This document shows positions 39,006 through 47,708 of a stretch of 64,000 nt of DNA, in pieces. A program made the position numbers and the translations under genes. A model generated the notes under the pieces. It did no database searches. It was not told where the DNA came from and saw only the letters and a program-made list of their open reading frames with translations. Each line of letters opens with the position of its first letter. Position 1 is the first letter of the stretch. The DNA comes from a virus (taxonomy: Duplodnaviria; Caudoviricetes): the IMG/VR virus record IMGVR_UViG_3300048598_000287, positions 128,001 to 192,000 of that record. One strand, written 5' to 3'.

Positions 39006-42000
39006 AGAGTTATTATAGTCCCAGACGTGGGACCGGTAGGACTATAATAATAAACATTTTTAGATACACCATTTGCTTGCGTGAAGTTCCACGTTAGGGA
39101 GCCATTTCCGCCGGCTCCTGTTCCTACCAGATATACATACATATCCATTCCAGTAGATGGCTGCATCCATAACTGATATTTAGATGGAGAACTTCCGCCA
39201 GATTCTTGTGTTCTGATGAGCTTTGCGTTAATACTAGGAGTATATGTAGACAGAACATTGGACCGGGTTGAACCAGTCTCTCTTCCATTTCCGCTTCCGG
39301 TGGTTATAGTCTCTGTAACATAGGTACCATACGGATGCGCCTTTGTCGGATTTCCTACCCAGTGTGAAACGGTATAATAGTTCGTTGATTCCGATGTAAC
39401 TAATTGAGATTTTAATGCATCTGTAAGATTACTTAAATCGGTTTGATCAGGCGCATTAGCCGTTGTTACCTGCGTCCGTGTGAAGGATGAGCATACCGTA
39501 TTTTCCACAGATAAATTATCTACCGTAGCGCCTAATGTTTTTGCTACTTCAATGCTAAGCATAAGACTATACCGCGCCCCGCCTCTAGGGCCTATACCCA
39601 TGACATCCGCGACAAAATATAATTCGCCGTTTACGAGCACATACTTTCCATTATCATTCACTACAGTTATACCAGGGACTTGTATGTCTGCCACTCTATA
39701 CCAGTTAGTGTCATTTTCTCCGTTGGTTCCTCCCCATTTCAGCTTATACACTACATCATCCAATAGGGCAAGCTTATCCACCTGCATTATTTCAGCCCGG
39801 GTTTCCGTTCCAGCTGAATTTACCTGATGCTGCTTATATCGTAGCATGAATGGGTGCACACCTTCTACATAACTTGGTCCGGGAAGAACAAGTTTAACGG
39901 ATTCATCCGAACAGCTACTATCATAATCTTTAATGTCATTATTTCCGCCCACCGAAGAAAGAACATGGGCAGATGTGCTTCCCGTAAGAAATTCGTCAAA
40001 TCCCCAGCAGGAATCCTCTCTGTTAGGAAGAATGTAATCGGTTCCCATCGTTCTGACTTTTCCGGCAGATGCAATAAGGAATCCGCCGTACATTGTTCTG
40101 GCGATATCTCCGTCAAACCAATAGCTCTGGCTTTTTGCATCTCCGGTAAGAGAAAGAGTGCCTAAAGTTTCAGTATTCTTTTCTATATCAAGATATTTTC
40201 CTTCCATATAGATAAGGCTTCTGGAATTCAGGGCTACTTTATTAGAAGAATACAGGGATAATGTATTAGCTGAACTAATCGCTATATATTCACTATCAGA
40301 ATACAAATTAGAATATACCGGATTATCTTGCCATACCCCATAACTATTGGCAGTAGAATATCGGCTGGTGCAGATGTAGCCGTTTGCATTTACAAATCCA
40401 TTAGTTATATTGATATTACTTTTAAGATCCCGTATTCCGTTTTGCGCGATTATTTCAATTATGGTATTTCTCGGCTGTCCATTGGAATTTACATCTTTAT
40501 GGTCTTCAAACCAATCTTTATCATAGAAATTGATGGATCCTATGCAGTTATCTGTTTTCGTCCGTGTAGTGTATCTTCCCATTGACATCTTTGTGTCAGA
40601 CACGCCGATATGATTTGTATGATATACTTGATAATTTGTAGTGTCCGGATTTATGTCAGTTGCATTGTTTATTGCAAATTCATACGTGCCTTGCGTCACT
40701 TCCATGTACATGTCGGCATGCGATGCAATATCGCTTGTGTTTACCCATCTATGCGGCCCGTCCGGATTGCCATTCAATATTATTCCGGATTCTATATAGC
40801 CATTAACCTTTTCTACGACATAGTTTCTGGCTACCATGAACCCGTTGCTACGGTATACGCCATTGGTTATGTATTCACCGTCTATATATTGCGTGGCAAG
40901 AGTGTTTCCATCCGGAACATATCCGGTGCCAACGATGAAGTTAGGATCTTCCATCGGGAAATTAGCAATGCCCGCTACCGTCTGATTAGCGCCTATGGCG
41001 CAGGTGAGGTAATTAAACGATGTTGAATTTATTCCGAACGGGTTGTCTAGATCAGATGCCGGGGCATATCGGGCAATCCGCCCACCGTTTACTCCATATT
41101 GGGAATAGTTTACATTTGCATCAAGAAATATATCCTGGTAAGTAGGGTATTTTTTTACCGATGTGACGATGGCGATCTGTTTTAAAAATTCTATTTTATC
41201 CCAGTATAGATAATTTCTGCCGTTAATCGACTGATCATATATTATTACCTTATCTCCTGCAGAAATTTTCTGAATTGTATATGGGGTAGACTTATTTTTA
41301 GTATAATACAGTCTGACGACATTTTTAGGCGAATATGTCGCGGACACCTGGTTTGCATCTGAGCATGTGTTAACTATGCTTTCACATCCTTCTGTAAGTT
41401 TAGTCAAATCAGGGACATCGAATACCATTCCGTAATATCCTACGGAATTCATCCGGTTGGCAGAAAATCCATGGTCACCCAATATGACAATATCCTCTCC
41501 TCCGGAAATAGCGCCATTAGAATTATATACCTGATTCCTGTTACCTGCATATATTCCGGAATATCTTCCCTGTACCATGGAGCTAGCGGATATGGCATGC
41601 GCATTGTCGCAGTTAAGGACATAGGTGCTGTCTCCTCCAGCCGTGCAGAATCTTCCTACTATCTTTGTGTTGTATCCATATGCCAGACTGTATGAATTAA
41701 GAGATCCGCCAACATTTTCAGAAACCCGGGTATCATATCGATCGCTTCCATCATTCCCACCCAAAGCTATATTAGGAGAATTAAGTGTAAAATATTCATC
41801 TATGTCAAACCGCCATGTCTTTCCCCCAGCAGAATGTTCGGTATCGTCCCCTTGAGATCCCATGATGGCCTGCATATAATATCCCATGGGTAGCAGATAT
41901 GTCTCATATTGACTATATTCTGCGGTGGACATGTTTTCGTCAAAAACCGGAGTCCGCAAATTTATGGGGATTGGGCATGAATTAAGAAGCTCCATCTTAT

Positions 42001-42409
42001 TTACTGACGAAGTTATCTTATCTATCCAATACTGATTTCCAGAATCCTTATTACTGGATGTCATATACAGTATTTTAGAATGCGTTATCACGGAGCCAAG
42101 CAAGTCGTCGTTCTGTGCATCGGATATTAAAACGGTGCCAGAAGCAGAGGCCGGCATGAAATTAGTCCTGACATTGGTGCACGCCTCGGAAAATGTATCG
42201 GAAGTGAAGCCGAGTCCAGACCATTCATTATACAACCTATATAGAAGATATATTCCCTTTCTGGATAAGGTAAGCGTGTTTCCAGCTTTTACTACGCTAT
42301 ACCCGTCTGACGTGCCATATCTTAGGACAGATCGTATAAGAGCGTTAAGCACACTTCTTGAATTATATGTTAGTACGTCTATTTCCTTTACTAATCTATC
42401 CAACGACAT
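39002..42409 (-). CDS. Tail fibre-like protein (1135 aa)
   Basis: Late promoter at 42436-42444; small-residue beta-helix-like repeats, QTVAGIAN..FIVGTG and WYRVA motifs. Confidence 0.6.
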   Translation of the reverse strand: MSLDRLVKEIDVLTYNSRSVLNALIRSVLRYGTSDGYSVVKAGNTLTLSRKGIYLLYRLYNEWSGLGFTSDTFSEACTNVRTNFMPASASGTVLISDAQNDDLLGSVITHSKILYMTSSNKDSGNQYWIDKITSSVNKMELLNSCPIPINLRTPVFDENMSTAEYSQYETYLLPMGYYMQAIMGSQGDDTEHSAGGKTWRFDIDEYFTLNSPNIALGGNDGSDRYDTRVSENVGGSLNSYSLAYGYNTKIVGRFCTAGGDSTYVLNCDNAHAISASSMVQGRYSGIYAGNRNQVYNSNGAISGGEDIVILGDHGFSANRMNSVGYYGMVFDVPDLTKLTEGCESIVNTCSDANQVSATYSPKNVVRLYYTKNKSTPYTIQKISAGDKVIIYDQSINGRNYLYWDKIEFLKQIAIVTSVKKYPTYQDIFLDANVNYSQYGVNGGRIARYAPASDLDNPFGINSTSFNYLTCAIGANQTVAGIANFPMEDPNFIVGTGYVPDGNTLATQYIDGEYITNGVYRSNGFMVARNYVVEKVNGYIESGIILNGNPDGPHRWVNTSDIASHADMYMEVTQGTYEFAINNATDINPDTTNYQVYHTNHIGVSDTKMSMGRYTTRTKTDNCIGSINFYDKDWFEDHKDVNSNGQPRNTIIEIIAQNGIRDLKSNINITNGFVNANGYICTSRYSTANSYGVWQDNPVYSNLYSDSEYIAISSANTLSLYSSNKVALNSRSLIYMEGKYLDIEKNTETLGTLSLTGDAKSQSYWFDGDIARTMYGGFLIASAGKVRTMGTDYILPNREDSCWGFDEFLTGSTSAHVLSSVGGNNDIKDYDSSCSDESVKLVLPGPSYVEGVHPFMLRYKQHQVNSAGTETRAEIMQVDKLALLDDVVYKLKWGGTNGENDTNWYRVADIQVPGITVVNDNGKYVLVNGELYFVADVMGIGPRGGARYSLMLSIEVAKTLGATVDNLSVENTVCSSFTRTQVTTANAPDQTDLSNLTDALKSQLVTSESTNYYTVSHWVGNPTKAHPYGTYVTETITTGSGNGRETGSTRSNVLSTYTPSINAKLIRTQESGGSSPSKYQLWMQPSTGMDMYVYLVGTGAGGNGSLTWNFTQANGVSKNVYYYSPTGPTSGTIITL

Positions 42410-42443
42410 ATTACGACCACCTAATTTACTGCCAATAGTTTAT

Positions 42444-42544
42444 ATAAGATGTGCGGAAGAAAACTCCCAGACGTTAATCTAAAGTCGAGTGGTCGGAACG
42501 GTCATCCATTGAGGTAATTACCATGTATGACAGGAGTGGTTCAC
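42444..42544 (+). mobile_element. Internally deleted IS605-like element (101 bp)
   Basis: TTTAT then ATAAGATGTGCGGAAGAAAA..ACGTTAATCTAAAG..GAACGGTC..GAGGTAA..ATGACAGGAGTGGTTCAC, colinear with 22369-22621. Confidence 0.7.
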
Positions 42545-43815
42545 AATGCGTGCGGAGTTTGCATCATGTCATTAAGATCGATGACATGCCTTGCATATTT
42601 TTCCGGCGGATTTTTATCACTTCTGGTTTTTACCCACAGTATACGGCCTGCCCGGTATTTTTTAGCAAGGTGAATATCCGGATTGAACTGCATGTCACTC
42701 ACGATAACTATGGCGTCATATCTGGAATGACATTTTTCGAGCATTCTGAACAGGCAATTGCAGTCCGTTCCTCCTCCGGTGGTAGTGGAAAATCGCTTAC
42801 CTGAGACATCGCGTTTATATAGTTTCTTTGGAAGGGTACATTTTGTGTTCCACCAGCAATAATCAAGGGATATTCTTTTTCCAGTGGAAATTATCAATTC
42901 GGCGATCTTTCCTACGGATGATGCCGGCATAGAGTTACTTACATCTCCGGCTATCAATATATTTGACGTATATTCATATCTATGCCCAGGATACATTAGC
43001 CCGAATCGTCTATTGCGTTTCATTCTGGTATCTTCATATCCGCATTCTATTGATTTAGATATGAATCTTTTTATCATTTTTCTGGGGTTTATCTGTTCAT
43101 GAGAAGCGGATATCATGCTTATTGCTCCGGATGATGCCGCATTACCCCATGCAGTGTCTCCTGATATCGCGGCTGAATGAGCTTCCTGAGTTATACATGA
43201 ATCAGATTTCCATTTACCTGCCCTGCTAGTGTCATTTAAGTAAGATGAAAGAGGCGATCCATCGGAATTGCTTTTTGATTCATCAGAGTCATTACCATCG
43301 GAATCTTTTTTACCTGATTCATAGTTTGACAACAGCCTATATAGAATTTCAATACTAACTGAACGGAAATCATAGTCCTTATAAAATTCCGAAAAATAGA
43401 TTCCTCTTATCGTTGATTCCATTTCCGTGACTTTTTTAAGAATCTTGCTATATGCAGGATTATTGACGCCAATGTCACTCATAAGTCCTAATCTAAGCAC
43501 GATAAGGTCGGATGCCTCAAGAGACAGTTTCCTATTGCTATACATTCTATTAGTTACATGCCCTAGCCCTATTCGTACTGCCTCTATATATAATATTACC
43601 GCCATTTCCTGTGGCTCTATTTCCTCTGCAAACTTTTTATTGATCAATATTTTCAGATGTCCGTTATCAACAGAACTGGCAACTGTGGAAACATCTGAAA
43701 ATTCAAATTCGGCGTATCCCAATATTATCTGGGTTATCGGTGCATATCTGAATAATAGATATTTTGCCAGTCTTAGCTGGTATTCTACGTTTTTGCTTGT
43801 GCTTATTGCGTTCAT
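42541..43815 (-). CDS. vWA-domain protein with a degenerate metallopeptidase-like N-terminus (DUF2201-type)
   Basis: MIDAS DVSNS, GGGTD and IVIVSD motifs; the HExxH position reads IEAVRIGLGH. Confidence 0.8.
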   Translation of the reverse strand: MNAISTSKNVEYQLRLAKYLLFRYAPITQIILGYAEFEFSDVSTVASSVDNGHLKILINKKFAEEIEPQEMAVILYIEAVRIGLGHVTNRMYSNRKLSLEASDLIVLRLGLMSDIGVNNPAYSKILKKVTEMESTIRGIYFSEFYKDYDFRSVSIEILYRLLSNYESGKKDSDGNDSDESKSNSDGSPLSSYLNDTSRAGKWKSDSCITQEAHSAAISGDTAWGNAASSGAISMISASHEQINPRKMIKRFISKSIECGYEDTRMKRNRRFGLMYPGHRYEYTSNILIAGDVSNSMPASSVGKIAELIISTGKRISLDYCWWNTKCTLPKKLYKRDVSGKRFSTTTGGGTDCNCLFRMLEKCHSRYDAIVIVSDMQFNPDIHLAKKYRAGRILWVKTRSDKNPPEKYARHVIDLNDMMQTPHAL

Positions 43816-44080
43816 ATTTTATCTTTTCTTGCTTTTTAAGAAAAATATATTCTTTGGATGACAATCCGGCGAAATAATATGACCTGCATTTTCCCATGCG
43901 GAGGAGAAGAAGGTGACATATATGATGTTCCTTCATTGTTAAATCAATTAAATTGACTTTTTTGTTACTTCCTCCGCATGACCTGGGGATGATATGATGC
44001 ATTTCGCATGGCTCCCCATAAACGAATTCTCTTTTCTTCGCCCTAGTTATTATTTCATTATATATTTTTTCCGCGTTCAT
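43703..44080 (-). CDS. HNH homing endonuclease-like protein
   Basis: EMHHIIPRSCGGSN..NLIDLTMKEHHICHLLL; its C-terminal tail overlaps the vWA gene by 113 bp. Confidence 0.8.
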   Translation of the reverse strand: MNAEKIYNEIITRAKKREFVYGEPCEMHHIIPRSCGGSNKKVNLIDLTMKEHHICHLLLLRMGKCRSYYFAGLSSKEYIFLKKQEKIKYERNKHKQKRRIPAKTGKISIIQICTDNPDNIGIRRI

Positions 44081-44091
44081 TACGACGCGGC

Positions 44092-45057
44092 CTATTTATT
44101 GTATGTATATCTTGATGAATCAAAATTAGTTTCTACTCCCAATGCGGCAAGCGCATCAAGAGCATGCAGAATCTTTCCTGGATAATCAAGAGACTCTACC
44201 ATGCTTGGATTGATCGATATGGCATCCTGACGGCTCATTTCTCCGTCGGCGACCGCTCTGTAAAGCATAGGAACACTCCATGATTTACCAAGTTTTGACG
44301 TTAATCCTATGCCTCCATTATAACATGCGAACGCATATCGTATATCCCCTTCGCTATGATTATCGCGTCCATCACTTAGCACGGCATTTGACCTATCAGT
44401 CGTATACATTATTCTCAAAAGATATGCCGCTGCAGCGGAAGCCGCCTGTTCTACATTTTCAGGATCGTTCATTTCAGCAGGGTTAAGTCCGAATTGCGTT
44501 GCATATTTCCGGGCGTCTATAAGCGCACTGTCGCCCATCTGAGCGATCCCCTTATATCCTCTAGGGTTATATGGAGCAGGATTGAAATTGCTTTCAACAA
44601 GCATAAGCGCGACAAGTTCAGCCTTTCCCACCTTATATTTATTTGTTACCTTTGCAACTCTATCTACCGCATCATATACACGTTTCACATATGCCGCATT
44701 AGAATCGGAATCATTTTGGCATTTATATTTTCCACAAAGATTATCCATTATGAATTTTCTTATCGCCGTCTCATCCTCGCTAGCCGGTCGTGTTATTTCC
44801 TGAGTCTGTTCCGCCGGACTAGTCTCATTATACAATGCAGCTGTAGGGAACAGGGTAGACATCCCGATGAGTCCTGCGGCGGCAAGCTGTTTTGCCCTTG
44901 GATGTGACTTAAGAAAACTGTCCTTATCATATAGTGAACGTATCCTATCGGAAATGCCATTTTCATATATTGCACTATATAGATTGCACACTGCCTCATA
45001 CTGCGCTTCTGATAGATTAAGCTTCCTTATGCTTTCAAACAATAATTCTTCGTTCAT
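44092..45057 (-). CDS. Lytic transglycosylase (SLT) with the shared leader
   Basis: LVESNFNP catalytic Glu, GIAQM and CYNGG motifs; leader LLFESIRKLNL..AVCNLYSAIYENG. Confidence 0.85.
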   Translation of the reverse strand: MNEELLFESIRKLNLSEAQYEAVCNLYSAIYENGISDRIRSLYDKDSFLKSHPRAKQLAAAGLIGMSTLFPTAALYNETSPAEQTQEITRPASEDETAIRKFIMDNLCGKYKCQNDSDSNAAYVKRVYDAVDRVAKVTNKYKVGKAELVALMLVESNFNPAPYNPRGYKGIAQMGDSALIDARKYATQFGLNPAEMNDPENVEQAASAAAAYLLRIMYTTDRSNAVLSDGRDNHSEGDIRYAFACYNGGIGLTSKLGKSWSVPMLYRAVADGEMSRQDAISINPSMVESLDYPGKILHALDALAALGVETNFDSSRYTYNK

Positions 45058-45083
45058 TATCCCGCCATATATCGCGTCAATAT

Positions 45084-45162
45084 CAGTTTATATAAGATTT
45101 GTGGAATTCATCTCTCCGGACTAAAGTCCGGGTATATTCTTTTGTAAATCTTATATAAACTA
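45084..45162. promoter_or_regulatory. Divergent late promoters flanking an IS605-like left-end hairpin
   Basis: AGTTTATATAAGATTT inverted repeat around CCGGAC-TAAA-GTCCGG. Confidence 0.7.
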
Positions 45163-45185
45163 GATAGTGAAACAAGAGAATATAT

Positions 45186-46745
45186 ATGAAACCCTTCTAT
45201 TATGTAAGGACAATAGAAAAAATCCTTATCGGATTAATAGACATGTTCAACAACATGTACGTCAATAAATATGACGATATGTCTAGAACTACATATTCAA
45301 GAAGTGTAAAGATACCTATAATAACGCATAATAACGCTAATTTTACGAATTTCTGGTCCATTACACAATACAAGCAGCTTACCGTACCATATCCAATAGG
45401 GGCAATCCGGTTTGTGTCGAACAGCATGGATTCAACTAACCGCCCTCAACCAGCATATGCGAGAGAGATATTCTCGACTTCCAAAGACAAATGGATACGG
45501 GACATACAGCCTACCCCATATGTGTTTAACTTCGAATTACAGTTTCTGGCAGACAATATATCAGATCTTTTCCAGATAAAAGAGAGCATAGAGCCATATT
45601 TCAATGAATACAGGACAATAGTAATAAAGGAATGGGACTTCGCCCCAGAAATTTCTAGACCGGTTGTCATCCATCTGTTAGGAAACACCACTGAATTAAC
45701 AGAGGAAATAACGGATGCCGATGCCGCGCAGCAGATATATAAAGTGTCATACAATCTAGTAGCATATGGGGTATACCATCGTCCTTATGAGCATCCCGAA
45801 ATGATAAAATATGCTGAAATGAACTTCAACATAAATGAGGATTTAATCCATCGTGAACAGATTCTTGTATATCCGAATGAAATAATAGAGCAGAAAAAAA
45901 AGCTATGGGAAACGGTATGCCCCACTATCAGGGACGGATATTCCATCCTGCATACGCTTTCAACTACGCTAATGGCAAAACAAAATTCCGAAGGTAATGA
46001 TTATTACGAAGATATTTCTTTGAAACAGCTTCTGCTATATGATAAATATATTAGTTCGACATATCATGAGGATCAGAAACAATGCGGGGATGCCTCTTAT
46101 GATGCTTCCGGACTGCCGGTATATACATATTGCGAATCAGTTGTGGATGACATAACCAAGCCTTCAGAGGTGCCATCATTCAATCTCCTTAAATTAAATT
46201 TTGACTATGATTCCGGAACTGAAGCTGACCTTAGCGGGTTCGGAAGGGATTTTGTAGCAGTCAATGATGATACCCGGGAATTCGTTCCTAGCATGGCTCC
46301 GGGAAATGGGCAGAAAATAACCGGTGGATACGCCGTAGGAGACGCCGTTGATTGGAGTAAGATTCTGAATTGGTTCGGAGATAACGCGTCAGGGGACGTG
46401 GAATCATCATATACATTCAAGGCGACACTACAGTTCGTGGAAGAATCGCCAGGGGATACTATTTTTCAGTATCTAAGTAATGATGAAGTCGCCCTTTCAG
46501 ACGGGACGACAATACCGGAAGGAGAAGTATTCTTCGACTGGGGAATGATGAATGGAAGACTGTATTTCACCTATCATACATCATCAAAATTCAAAACGTT
46601 TATCTCTGATGCGATTGATCCGAATAATCAGACGATATATTCTTTCTATTTCGCATTGTATAATAATGGAGACAATGGAATATTCGGGGTAAAGACTAAT
46701 CTGAGCGATACAATGATAGTGCTCAATACCATAGAAACTACTTAA
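45186..46745 (+). CDS. gp15: Tail sheath stabiliser/terminator (gp15-like) with a C-terminal extension
   Basis: TIEKILIGLIDMFNNMYV..KIPI..PTPYVFNFEL..QIKESIEPYF. Confidence 0.75.
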   Translation: MKPFYYVRTIEKILIGLIDMFNNMYVNKYDDMSRTTYSRSVKIPIITHNNANFTNFWSITQYKQLTVPYPIGAIRFVSNSMDSTNRPQPAYAREIFSTSKDKWIRDIQPTPYVFNFELQFLADNISDLFQIKESIEPYFNEYRTIVIKEWDFAPEISRPVVIHLLGNTTELTEEITDADAAQQIYKVSYNLVAYGVYHRPYEHPEMIKYAEMNFNINEDLIHREQILVYPNEIIEQKKKLWETVCPTIRDGYSILHTLSTTLMAKQNSEGNDYYEDISLKQLLLYDKYISSTYHEDQKQCGDASYDASGLPVYTYCESVVDDITKPSEVPSFNLLKLNFDYDSGTEADLSGFGRDFVAVNDDTREFVPSMAPGNGQKITGGYAVGDAVDWSKILNWFGDNASGDVESSYTFKATLQFVEESPGDTIFQYLSNDEVALSDGTTIPEGEVFFDWGMMNGRLYFTYHTSSKFKTFISDAIDPNNQTIYSFYFALYNNGDNGIFGVKTNLSDTMIVLNTIETT

Positions 46746-46761
46746 TGTTGGAGGATGATAG

Positions 46762-47133
46762 ATGCGTTTGCCATTCAATTCGTATATATGTAAGCTTGAC
46801 ATGCCCAATGAATTGCAACATGCCGTGATAGATCTGCGCAAACTATGCATGGAATCGGAAGATACAAAACAGTTATCGGAAGAAATTACTTCTGAAGAAA
46901 GCGCAATGATTAACGCAATAGGAAGAGACATTGTACGGAAAGTGACTGAATATATGAATGAACATGCGGAAAGCTTAGCCGATGTGGAGAAATACATGAA
47001 TACGCTATTCAATGAAAGATCTGGCGAGCTGAAGAAAAACTCAGCAAAAGGCGATAAATATGTCGATATGCTCAAGAATTCATTATGCAGTTTTCTTAAA
47101 ACGGCAGGCATAAATCCTGATCTTATAAACTAG
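46762..47133 (+). CDS. Leader-tagged hypothetical protein
   Basis: PFNSYICKLDMP..AVIDLRKLCMES; GGAGG SD. Confidence 0.75.
   Translation: MRLPFNSYICKLDMPNELQHAVIDLRKLCMESEDTKQLSEEITSEESAMINAIGRDIVRKVTEYMNEHAESLADVEKYMNTLFNERSGELKKNSAKGDKYVDMLKNSLCSFLKTAGINPDLIN
47124..47132 (+). promoter_or_regulatory. Putative late promoter TATAAACTA
   Basis: Overlaps the upstream stop codon, about 24 nt before ATG 47156. Confidence 0.65.
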
Positions 47134-47155
47134 ATATATCATAACATCAGGTGAA

Positions 47156-47605
47156 ATGATGAAGGAACTATTCGAATCTTATATAGGTAAGCTTACCATA
47201 CCGGAAACGCTAAAACAGTCAATCATAGACATACATAAAATATGTCTTGAAGCAGAGGAACTTACTCCGGAAGACGAGCAAAAAATGACTGACGTGCCCG
47301 CACCCGGGGACAATTCAGAGGATCCTGCAAAACCGATACGTGATGTGGGAAATCAAATAGTAAATGATGTCAATACCGCTTTTGTAAACCATAAAGGAAA
47401 CGAAGATTTTGATTATAAAACCGCAATCATTGATTCAGTAAAAAGTAAAAAACCCAAAATAGACGAATGTTTAAAACTAAACAAAAACGCATTGACGGCA
47501 ATAGCGACAATAATAGACCGGCAGACTAAGCAGATGGCTGGAGGAAACCGAGTTACATTGGATGAACTTACAAATGCGCTTGGATATCAGCAAAGTAAAG
47601 AATAA
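47156..47605 (+). CDS. Leader-tagged hypothetical protein
   Basis: LFESYIGKLTIP..SIIDIHKICLEA. Confidence 0.75.
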   Translation: MMKELFESYIGKLTIPETLKQSIIDIHKICLEAEELTPEDEQKMTDVPAPGDNSEDPAKPIRDVGNQIVNDVNTAFVNHKGNEDFDYKTAIIDSVKSKKPKIDECLKLNKNALTAIATIIDRQTKQMAGGNRVTLDELTNALGYQQSKE

Positions 47606-47619
47606 TTTACATAATTTAA

Positions 47620-47679
47620 TGAATCGCCACTGAGTTAGTTATATTCAGTGGAATACCTTCACAAATCTTATATAAACTA
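47620..47679. promoter_or_regulatory. Late promoter (47671-47679, +) with an adjacent left-end-like hairpin
   Basis: CCACTGA..TCAGTGG stem followed by ACAAATCTTATATAAACTAG. Confidence 0.65.
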
Positions 47680-47708
47680 GTATCAGATATATGTCTTACG
47701 GGTACATA

